A stretch of DNA of 18,373 nucleotides from Armatimonadota bacterium. GTDB taxonomy: Bacteria; Armatimonadota; SYMT01. The translations under genes were made by a program, and so were the position numbers. The stretch's first letter is position 1, and every line of letters starts with the position of its first letter. The stretch is from assembly GCA_046292385.1 (NCBI GenBank), contig JBKBRF010000078.1:1-18373 (forward strand), given 5' to 3'. The notes under the pieces were generated by a model. The model saw only the letters and a list, made by a program, of their open reading frames with translations. It was not told the origin of the DNA and did not search any database. This document shows, piece after piece, positions 1 to 7,089 of the stretch.

Positions 1-1101
1 CGGGGTGCGCCGGAAGAGCCGCTTCACGCCGATGTCCATCGGCAGGTTGAGCGAGAGGGTGCCGACGTTCGGCACGTTGTGGCAGGTGGAGCAGGTCGCC
101 ACCACGTTGTTGCTGCCGATCACGTCGTTAAAGCCGGGCACGTCGGAGACGATGAACTCGCGGCCGTTGAAGATCTGCTCCCCACGCGCGATGAGCCGCC
201 GGTTGCCTTTCAGGCCCTTTGCTGACTTCGGCAGCTTCCGCCAGCTCTTGAACAGGTTGAAGACTTCCGGCTTGAAGCGAGACTTCTTCCCGCCGGCGAA
301 CGGGGAGTTCATCCCCTCCACGAAGCGCGTCTTGGTGAGCGACTTCGGCCCCGCCTTCTTGCCGAGCTTTCCGACGACGGCGCTCTGCGTCTGGGCGGTG
401 AAGAGACCGGCTTCGAAGTCGACGATCTGCGCCACTTCCTCGTCGGTCAGCGGCACGGTGCCCTGGCTGTGCCCCTTGTGGGCGCCCTGTGCCTGGCTGG
501 CGAGGTTCTGCGCCAGGGTGGCGCCGGGGTGGGTCTCCCGACCGTCCCACATGATGGTGCTGTTGAAGCGCAGGTTGGTGGCCGGAAGGCAGCGGCGGAA
601 CAGGGAGAGCTCCGCGGCGCCGGCGTAGCCGTACGGGTCGTCCGCGTGCTCCAGCGTGAACTCAGCGTCCTCCGGGATCGGCAGGCCGATCCGGAAGACA
701 CCCCGCTGCAGCAGCATGCTGTACGCGGTCCGGCGGGCCGCTACCGTGCTGGTGTCGGCAAGCGGCGAGTTGGCGCCGTCGTGCGCGCGGAAGACCGGGT
801 CCAGGCCGCCGGAGGCTTCGAAGCGCGCCTGCAGCCGCGCGGGGGTGGTGGTCCAGCCGTCCGCCGGGTCATGACAGCTCGAGCAGGCGCGGCCGTTCGT
901 CCCGGTGCTCCGGAAGAACGGGTGCTGCAGGTCGAGCGGACCGCGGGTGGAAAGGGTCGTCGCCACTCCGGAGGGGTTCTCCGAGGAGACCTTGTGGACG
1001 CGCGGCCGGGCGGCCGCCCCCAGGGTGAGGGCGGCTACCATCGCGCCGGCCACGGCCAGCACCAGCGGAGGGCGGGGATTGCGAGTGGTTCGGTTCGTCA
1101 T
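1..1101 (-). CDS. Exported di-heme cytochrome c peroxidase/MauG-family protein (3' end lies beyond the left edge)
   Basis: Not in the ORF track because it has no stop in the window. Translated by hand from ATG at 1101 (RBS-like GGAGACGAGG upstream), open to base 1. It has an N-terminal signal peptide (MTNRTTRNPRPPLVLAVAGAMVAALTLGAAA), two heme-binding motifs CSSCH (871-885) and CSTCH (79-93), the family motif RRCLPATNL...MWDGRE, and ARGEQIF before heme 2. Confidence 0.88.
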   Translation of the reverse strand, partial: MTNRTTRNPRPPLVLAVAGAMVAALTLGAAARPRVHKVSSENPSGVATTLSTRGPLDLQHPFFRSTGTNGRACSSCHDPADGWTTTPARLQARFEASGGLDPVFRAHDGANSPLADTSTVAARRTAYSMLLQRGVFRIGLPIPEDAEFTLEHADDPYGYAGAAELSLFRRCLPATNLRFNSTIMWDGRETHPGATLAQNLASQAQGAHKGHSQGTVPLTDEEVAQIVDFEAGLFTAQTQSAVVGKLGKKAGPKSLTKTRFVEGMNSPFAGGKKSRFKPEVFNLFKSWRKLPKSAKGLKGNRRLIARGEQIFNGREFIVSDVPGFNDVIGSNNVVATCSTCHNVPNVGTLSLNLPMDIGVKRLFRRTP

Positions 1102-1121
1102 CGCCTCGTCTCCCGCGCGCG

Positions 1122-1826
1122 TTAGATGGTGACCGGCAGCCGGAGCGTGTTGTTGTCCATGTCGCTCTCCAGCAGGATGCCGCCGGGGTTGATCTCGATT
1201 TCCAGGGTGTAGTTGCCGGAGGGAAGAGTGGTCACGTCGATCGCCTGCCCGTCCCGGTTCTCGCTGTAGATATCGGCCCAGCCGATGGAAAGGCCTACGG
1301 TAATCTTCTTCTGTTTGCGGCCGGCGGGACAGGAGCGGTACTTCCCGTTGAAGTTCACGCCCTGCATCTGCGGCCGCGCCAGCATGACGTCGACCGTGCA
1401 GAACGAGATCTTGGTCGTCGCCATCACCTGCGAGCCGCTCGCGTCGAGGAGCCGGTACTCCGCCAGCGTCAGCACGTCCCACTTCCGCTTGTCCCGGTTG
1501 TACACGAATTCGCCGACGGGGCGGTTGATGCGGCGGGAAGTCCCTTGCTTCTTGATCTTCTGCACGGCCTTGAGGCGGGACTTCTTCTTCCCTGCCTTGC
1601 CGGTCACCGTCAGGTCGCCATCCCCCACGTTGATCATGCCGGCGCTGAAGCGGAGCAGCTTGCGGCCGTTCACCTGCTCCACGAAGTAGTTCCGGCCGGA
1701 GCCTTCCCAGGGGATCAGGTCCGGGTACTGCGGCCGTTGACCCTGGCCGGAAGCGGGCGCCAGCAGGGCGGCGCTCGCCAACAGAGAGCACAGTATCGTC
1801 GGGAAGAGCTTCTTCTTGATTTCCAT
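1122..1826 (-). CDS. Exported lysyl-oxidase-family (LOX-fold) protein lacking the copper-binding histidines, 234 aa
   Basis: C-terminal part of track ORF 1122..2708; the probable start is ATG at 1826 (GGAGA upstream). Signal peptide MEIKKKLFPTILCSLLASAALLAPASG. LOX motifs in order: PDL, LRFS..INVG, EYRLLD, KISFC, GLSIGWADIY, GQAIDVT.LPSGNY.L...INP, ESD..NN. Confidence 0.85.
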   Translation of the reverse strand: MEIKKKLFPTILCSLLASAALLAPASGQGQRPQYPDLIPWEGSGRNYFVEQVNGRKLLRFSAGMINVGDGDLTVTGKAGKKKSRLKAVQKIKKQGTSRRINRPVGEFVYNRDKRKWDVLTLAEYRLLDASGSQVMATTKISFCTVDVMLARPQMQGVNFNGKYRSCPAGRKQKKITVGLSIGWADIYSENRDGQAIDVTTLPSGNYTLEIEINPGGILLESDMDNNTLRLPVTI

Positions 1827-1993
1827 CGCACGTTCTCCGCGGCGGGGGAAAGGCCCGGCAGCTCGTCCGTCCTGGCGCACTGCGACGTGACAGTGGCCTG
1901 GACCGGTAGGGCTTGCCCGGCAAGCGCCGCCACCCCGTAATACCGGGCGGTTCCCAGGCTTAAACGGGACGGTGCGAAAAAGTGCGTGACTGC

Positions 1994-3043
1994 CTAGAGA
2001 CCCAGCAAGCCCGCGGCGGCGTTGTGGAAGCGGCGCCGGAAGCGGAGGAAGTCGGCGGCGTCCCGGTCCTGGTAGACGCGGTTGGTGAGCAGCAGGATTC
2101 CGAGGCGGAGTGAGGGGCTCAGGAGCAGGCTGGTGCCGGTGAAGCCGGTGTGGCCGAAGGTATCCGGCGGCAGGAAGTCGCCGGCGGGCAGGAAGCCGTT
2201 GGGGCGGGTGAACCAGCCGAGGGTGTGGCCGTTGAGTCCGGGCGGGTTCTGGTTGCGCGCCATCTCCCGCGCGGCGAGCGGCGCGAGCACCCGGGTGGCG
2301 CCGGCGGCGCCTTCGTTCAGCAGCATCTCCGAATATCGCTGGAGGTCGTCCAGCGTGCCGAACAGCCCCGCGTGTCCGGCCACGCCGCCCAGGGCGTCGC
2401 AGTTGCCGTCGTGCACTTCGCCGACCAGCGACCACCCCCGGTCGGCGCACCGGGTGGCGGCGAGGCGCGGGCGCCACTCGGCGGGGGGAGTGAAGGCGGT
2501 GTCGGTCATCTCGAGCGGCGCGAAGATCCGCTCGCGGGCGAGCTGCGCCACGGAGTAGCCGGCGAGGGTGCGGACCACCTCCCCGAGCAGGATGTAGCCG
2601 AGGTCGCTGTAGGCGTACGCCTCCCCCGGCTCCGCCTGCCGCCCCGAGGCGGCGATCCTCCGCAGGATCTCGTCCGGCGACAGCGCCTGCGAGTGGTACT
2701 GTTCCCACGGCTTCAGCCCGGAGGTGTGCGTGAGACAGTGCCGCAGGGTGATCCCCGGCACCGGCGGAAGGTCGGCGGGCAGGTAGCGGGCGACCTCTTC
2801 GTTCAGGTGCAGCCGACCCTCCTGCGCCAGGATCAGCACGGAGGTGGCGGTGGCGACCGGCTTGGTGAGCGAGGCGAGATCCCAGATGGTGCCCGGGGTG
2901 ACCGCCGCCTGTGCCTCGGGGTCGGCGAGGCCGGTTACCCCTTCGCCCAGGATCTCGCCATCCGCGCGAAAGACGCGGAACGAGGCGCCGGGGTAGAGCC
3001 CCTGGCTGCGTCCTTCCTCCAGCATCTCTTGCAGGCGCTGCAT
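1994..3043 (-). CDS. Beta-lactamase-fold serine hydrolase (AmpC/esterase VIII; NamA/AmiE-like)
   Basis: SxxK (ASLTK), LTHTSG, YxN-like YSDLGY, GEVHDGN, AGHAGLF, GHTGFTG and LLTNR motifs. No obvious signal peptide. Confidence 0.92.
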   Translation of the reverse strand: MQRLQEMLEEGRSQGLYPGASFRVFRADGEILGEGVTGLADPEAQAAVTPGTIWDLASLTKPVATATSVLILAQEGRLHLNEEVARYLPADLPPVPGITLRHCLTHTSGLKPWEQYHSQALSPDEILRRIAASGRQAEPGEAYAYSDLGYILLGEVVRTLAGYSVAQLARERIFAPLEMTDTAFTPPAEWRPRLAATRCADRGWSLVGEVHDGNCDALGGVAGHAGLFGTLDDLQRYSEMLLNEGAAGATRVLAPLAAREMARNQNPPGLNGHTLGWFTRPNGFLPAGDFLPPDTFGHTGFTGTSLLLSPSLRLGILLLTNRVYQDRDAADFLRFRRRFHNAAAGLLGL

Positions 3044-3060
3044 CGTTCCGGCTCTCTCCG

Positions 3061-4302
3061 CTACTTCGTCGAGGCGGTGCGGGCCACGCGGGACTTCAGC
3101 GACTTCAGGTAGGCGTCGTTCGTCCCGGCCTTCGTGACGGCAGTGTAGCTGAAGAGCACCCAGCCTTTACCGCTCCGGCCGCGCACCGCGTCGACCTTGA
3201 GCGCGGCGCGGTCCGGCCCGAAGAGATACGCGGCGATGCCGAACCAGACCGGGAAGTCCGGATGGTCGCGGGTGACGCCGTTCGCCCACGTCTGGAAGCT
3301 GGGGAGGTCGGCGTGATAGGTCATCGGGCAGACGGCGTCGACCAGCCCCTCGCGGATCCAGCCGTACCAGTCCTGCCCCACCACGTTGTAGGCGTCCGAC
3401 TTCTTGAAGTCGCCGGAAAAGCGGCCCCACGCAATCACTGCAGCGCTGAGCATCGCCTCCGGACGGGCAGAGCGCACCGCCGTGCGGACCTCCCGCACCA
3501 GCGCGGTTACCTGGTCGCGCCGGAACTGCTTCCAGCTCCAGGCATAGCCCGTCGGAAGCCCGGTGCGCCCCTTCTTCTTGAGCGCGGCCAGCTTCTCCGG
3601 CGCCACCTTTCCCGCCAGCGACTCTTCGAGTCGGGCCAGGCAGCCGTTACAGTAGCAGAGCTTCCCGTCGGCGTAGCGGATGTAGTCGAGGTGGATGCCG
3701 TCCACGTCGTACCTCGCCGCGATGTCCGCGCAGACCTGCGCCAGGTGCCGCCGCGCCTCCGGGTTGCCGGGGCAGATGAAGACTTCCTTGTCGCCGATGG
3801 TGCAGCGGCGGCCGGTGGGTCCCACCGCCAGCCAGTCGCGGTGGGCGTTCACCAGGTGGGACGGATCGGCGGGCGGCTTGCTGTCGCCCCAGACGTAGCA
3901 AGCGTTCACCCAGGCGTGGACCTGGAGCCCGGCCGCGCGTCCCTCCTCGATGACCCGCGCGAGTGGGTCGAATCCCGCGGGTGCCTTCGCCAGTGCCGGT
4001 GCCCGCGGCTCCAGGGTGCTCTGGTAGTAGGCATCGGCCCGGCCGCGGCACTGCACGAACAGCGTGTTGATCCCATTCGCCTGGGCGTGCTTCACCACCC
4101 GGCTCACGGCCTGCGGCGTGGTGAGGTCGCTCCGTACCACCCACATCCCGCGCACCTCGTCCGGAATCCGCTCGGCAACCGCCGGCGGGGCCGGGGGCTC
4201 CGCGCTCGGACCGGCGGGCGCCACCCGCGGCGAGAGCAGCAGCGCGAGCCCGGCAGCGAGGGAAAGGGGAGCGAGGGCGAGGATGCGGCGACGGAACAGC
4301 AA
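3061..4302 (-). CDS. Exported GHL10 (YddW/DigH-like, UPF0748) glycoside hydrolase
   Basis: TTG start with AGGAGG RBS and a signal peptide. Motifs EVRGMWV, INTLFVQ.RGRADAYY, FDPL, GLQVHAWVN, YDVDGIHLDYIRY, GQDW..W...G.VD...PM.Y. Confidence 0.9.
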   Translation of the reverse strand: MLFRRRILALAPLSLAAGLALLLSPRVAPAGPSAEPPAPPAVAERIPDEVRGMWVVRSDLTTPQAVSRVVKHAQANGINTLFVQCRGRADAYYQSTLEPRAPALAKAPAGFDPLARVIEEGRAAGLQVHAWVNACYVWGDSKPPADPSHLVNAHRDWLAVGPTGRRCTIGDKEVFICPGNPEARRHLAQVCADIAARYDVDGIHLDYIRYADGKLCYCNGCLARLEESLAGKVAPEKLAALKKKGRTGLPTGYAWSWKQFRRDQVTALVREVRTAVRSARPEAMLSAAVIAWGRFSGDFKKSDAYNVVGQDWYGWIREGLVDAVCPMTYHADLPSFQTWANGVTRDHPDFPVWFGIAAYLFGPDRAALKVDAVRGRSGKGWVLFSYTAVTKAGTNDAYLKSLKSRVARTASTK

Positions 4303-4630
4303 GACGTGCCTCCTGAGCTCGGAGCCCCGCCCGGAGCGGCGCGGGGCGGAATGGGGAACCGGGGCCCACTTCGAGCCCCGGCCGGAGATGCCCTTCTCGG
4401 CCCGGTAACCGGGAGAGCAGGGGGCGTCCGCCCGGGGAAGCAGGTCCTACCGTCTCAGGTCGGCATCACGGCGCGACTCTCCAGCGGAAGAGAGGACTGA
4501 AGCGGCGCTCCATCCCGCGGCCCGGCGAAACCCGGCACCCCGTTCGCCCGTCGCTCTGTACAACCAACCCGGGGAGAATTGTCGCACGCTGGAAGGTGGG
4601 TGCACCGAGGGCGCAGCGCCGGTGCTGCCC

Positions 4631-4860
4631 GTGGGGACGTTCGGCCGGCTCCGTGCCCCTACCCCAGTCATCCTGAACGGAGTGAAGGATCTCGGCAGCC
4701 GTGTGGGTCCCGGGGTACGCAGGCGGGTGACGCGGACTCCGCTGCCGGTGCTCTTCCGAGCGCGAGGCGTCCCGCTCCGGCGCGACGGAGACGACGTAGA
4801 TCCTTCAGTTCCTTCAGGATGACAGGGGTAGGGACTCGGAGCCGGCCGAACGTTTCCCGC
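4631..4860. repeat. Composite REP/MITE-like inverted repeat: ~60-bp arms (4631-4692 and 4798-4860) around a ~105-bp spacer
   Basis: Left arm gacgttcggccggctccgtgcccctaccccagtcatcctgaacggagtgaaggatct. The right arm read in reverse complement is aacgttcggccggctccgagtccctacccctgtcatcctgaaggaactgaaggatct. Confidence 0.88.
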
Positions 4861-4982
4861 CGCCCCTGAACGCCGGGCTGCGACAAAGCTCGCCTGCGCC
4901 GCCGGCGGCGTAGCTTTACAGCGTGTGACACGAGCTACCGGAGCGTAGAGTCCAGTCGACGCCGGAATGCCGGAGGCGGTAG

Positions 4983-5090
4983 ATGAGGGTTAGAATGCCG
5001 CTGATTCGCGCCAGGTGGATCGGAGCGGGCGTGCTCTGCATCGCTCTCGTCGCAGGTGCAGCCGCGCTTTGTGGAGGTGGAGAGGGATAA
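4983..5090 (+). CDS. Small 35-aa hydrophobic, signal-peptide-like ORF
   Basis: GGAGG RBS 6 nt before ATG 4983. Translates as MRVRMPLIRARWIGAGVLCIALVAGAAALCGGGEG*. Its TAA overlaps the ATG of the next gene (TAATG). Confidence 0.45.
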   Translation: MRVRMPLIRARWIGAGVLCIALVAGAAALCGGGEG

Positions 5091-5476
5091 TGGCGGAGCG
5101 ATTGCTGCGACTGCACCACGCGCAGATCACCGTGCCGCGCGGGGCAGAGGAGCCGGCCCGGGAGTTCTACTGCGGCGTGCTGGGCCTGGCAGAGATTCCG
5201 AAGCCGGAGGCGCTGCTGGCGCGCGGCGGCTTCTGGCTCCGCCTGGGCGGCCAGGAGATCCACGTAGGGACGGAGGAGGGCGCCGACCGGACCGCCACGA
5301 AGGCCCACCTCGCTTACGAGGTGGCTGACCTGGAGCACTGGCGAAGGCTGCTCCAGGAGCGCGGCATCGCGCCAGAAGACGGTGTGCCGATCCCCGGGCT
5401 GCGGCGTTTCGAGTTTCGTGACCCGTTCGGGAACCGCTGCGAGCTGATCCAGCGGGAAGCCGACAGCGGATGCTGA
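5090..5476 (+). CDS. VOC (glyoxalase/bleomycin resistance) family protein, YwkD-like, 128 aa
   Basis: LHHAQITVP.G.E..AREFY.GVLGL.EI.KP, GG.W, HLAYEV, RFEFRDPFGNR.ELI. Start at ATG 5090 with GGAGAGG upstream. Confidence 0.9.
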   Translation: MAERLLRLHHAQITVPRGAEEPAREFYCGVLGLAEIPKPEALLARGGFWLRLGGQEIHVGTEEGADRTATKAHLAYEVADLEHWRRLLQERGIAPEDGVPIPGLRRFEFRDPFGNRCELIQREADSGC

Positions 5477-5532
5477 GCTGCCGCTGCGGTACGGTGCCGC
5501 GAAAATCGGCGCAGGACAGGACGGGCGCCTGA

Positions 5533-5561
5533 TTGAAGGGATTCCGGGCTGTGGGTATACT
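5533..5561 (+). promoter_or_regulatory. Sigma70-type promoter for hfq-dapF
   Basis: TTGAAG (5533-5538), 17-nt spacer, TATACT (5556-5561): near consensus in a very GC-rich background. Confidence 0.75.
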
Positions 5562-5754
5562 AAGCGAGGTCTTAAGGGCTTCCTCCGGGCAGGCTCCAGG
5601 GGCCGCGCGGCGGCATACCGCCGGTAACCACGGAACGCACGAGCGCGGGACTGCGCCCGCGACGATTACTTCTTCTTTTGACCGCAGCCTCCGGCCCGCC
5701 GGGAGACCGGCCGGTGCCGGACTTGAGGCTGCAGCAGGACCGCCAGAGCCAACC

Positions 5755-6066
5755 ATGAGCAAATCGCAAATCAACCTGCAGGACAGCTTCCTGAACCAGC
5801 TCCGGAAAGAGGGCATCCCGGTCATCCTCTATCTCACCAGCGGGGTCCAGCTCCGCGGCCACGTCCGTGGCTTCGACGCGTTCACGGTGATCCTGGAGGG
5901 ACAGGGCAAGCCGCCGCAGCTCGTCTACAAGCACTCCATCGTCTCCGTAGCTCCGCAGCGTCACTCCGCCAGCCTGCTCGGCGGCAACGGCGGCGAGGAA
6001 GGCGCGCCCCAGGCCGCGCCGGCGCCTGCGGCGGAAGGCCAGCCCGAAGAGGTGCCAGCCGGATGA
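5755..6066 (+). CDS. hfq: RNA chaperone Hfq, 103 aa
   Basis: [34 protein letters not shown]...QLVYKHSI Sm-fold motifs, followed by a Gly/Ala/Glu-rich tail. Probable start is ATG 5755. Confidence 0.96.
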   Translation: MSKSQINLQDSFLNQLRKEGIPVILYLTSGVQLRGHVRGFDAFTVILEGQGKPPQLVYKHSIVSVAPQRHSASLLGGNGGEEGAPQAAPAPAAEGQPEEVPAG

Positions 6067-6905
6067 AGTTTGCGAAGATGCAGGGGCTGGGGAACGATTT
6101 TGTCGTAGTCGACGGATTCGTCCGCAGCTTTGACGAGGCGACCCTGCCGGACCTCGCGCGCCGGATCTGCGACCGCCACTTCGGCGTCGGCGCGGACGGC
6201 CTGCTGCTCGCGCTGCCTTCCGAGAAGGCCGACTTCCGCATGCGCCTGATCAACGCGGACGGAAGCGAGGCGGAGCACTGCGGCAACGGCATCCGCTGCA
6301 TCGCCAAGTTCGTTTACGAGCGGGGACTCGCGCGGGGCTCGACGATCACCGGGGAGACGGTCGGCCGCCTCAACGTGCTGCAGCTCAGCGTGGCGGACGG
6401 CGTGGTGGAAGCGGTGCGGGTCGACATGGGCGAGCCCCAGCTCGACCGCGCATCCTTACCAATGCTGGGCGATCCCGGCAGCCGCGCCGTGGAGGAGCCG
6501 CTGACGGTGGGGGGGACTACCCTTACGTTCACCGGCGTCTCCATGGGCAACCCGCACGCGGTGACCTTCGTGGACGACGTGGAGACCTTTCCCGTCACCC
6601 AGCTCGGTCCCGGTTACGAGAACCACCCGGCCTTCCCGCGGCGCGCCAACATCGAGTTCATCCAGGTGCTCGGTCCGGCCGAGCTCAAGATGCGCGTCTG
6701 GGAGCGCGGCGCCGGTGAGACGCTGGCCTGCGGGACCGGCGCCTGCGCCTCCGTGGTCGCAGCGGCGCTCACCGGCCGCGCGGAGCGGACCGCGACCGTC
6801 CACCTGCCGGGCGGCGATCTGCTGATCGAGTGGGGCGAGGACGGGCACGTCTACATGACCGGACCGGCCGTGGAGGTCTTCCAGGGAGAGCTTACCGAGG
6901 GATGA
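6063..6905 (+). CDS. dapF: Diaminopimelate epimerase
   Basis: [54 protein letters not shown], with both catalytic Cys present. ATGA overlap with the hfq stop. Confidence 0.97.
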   Translation: MKFAKMQGLGNDFVVVDGFVRSFDEATLPDLARRICDRHFGVGADGLLLALPSEKADFRMRLINADGSEAEHCGNGIRCIAKFVYERGLARGSTITGETVGRLNVLQLSVADGVVEAVRVDMGEPQLDRASLPMLGDPGSRAVEEPLTVGGTTLTFTGVSMGNPHAVTFVDDVETFPVTQLGPGYENHPAFPRRANIEFIQVLGPAELKMRVWERGAGETLACGTGACASVVAAALTGRAERTATVHLPGGDLLIEWGEDGHVYMTGPAVEVFQGELTEG

Positions 6906-6927
6906 AGGATGAAGGATGAGGGATAAA
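6900..6927 (+). repeat. Tandem heptamer repeat (GGATGAA-like) x4
   Basis: ggatgaa ggatgaa ggatgag ggataaa, overlapping the dapF stop codon. Confidence 0.7.
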
Positions 6928-7089
6928 TCCGGACCCTCCGTATCCGGGAGATCCTGCTCCTGCTCGCTGGCGACCTGGTACCACCGGCACGTCCTCGCCA
7001 ACTCAAGCCGGGACGCCGCGACCTGAGGGGCAGGCTTCCAACAGACCTCCCGGCGTAGCTCCGACGCCGGACTGGGAGAGGAGGACCGC

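Noticed and set aside
1835..1990. Scattered cobalamin-riboswitch-like words (GGGAA, GCCACTG, GCCAGGA...CTGCC) on the minus strand upstream of the LOX gene, and the small palindrome gcttgc-ccg-gcaagc at 1911-1925
   Set aside because: Spacing and core helices do not fit the riboswitch, and the palindrome is too short to call in GC-rich DNA. An Rfam scan would settle it.
1827..2708. N-terminal extension of the 528-aa ORF, which would make the LOX protein a large fusion
   Set aside because: It overlaps the serine hydrolase in another frame and is Arg/Pro-rich noise. The signal peptide and RBS point to ATG 1826.
1994..3043. Antibiotic-resistance beta-lactamase
   Set aside because: No signal peptide, and the motifs fit the broader esterase/amidase group.
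4303..4630. Possible riboswitch (c-di-AMP, TPP, glmS) in the long region upstream of the GHL10 gene
   Set aside because: Only isolated short words match. No complete consensus could be assembled.
5562..5754. 6S RNA upstream of hfq
   Set aside because: The length is similar, but the 5' and 3' ends do not pair into the 6S rod with a central bubble. Kept only as a structured leader.
6916..7026. Short ORF MRDKSGPSVSGRSCSCSLATWYHRHVLANSSRDAAT between dapF and the M20 gene
   Set aside because: It starts within the heptamer repeat and has no recognisable features or independent support.
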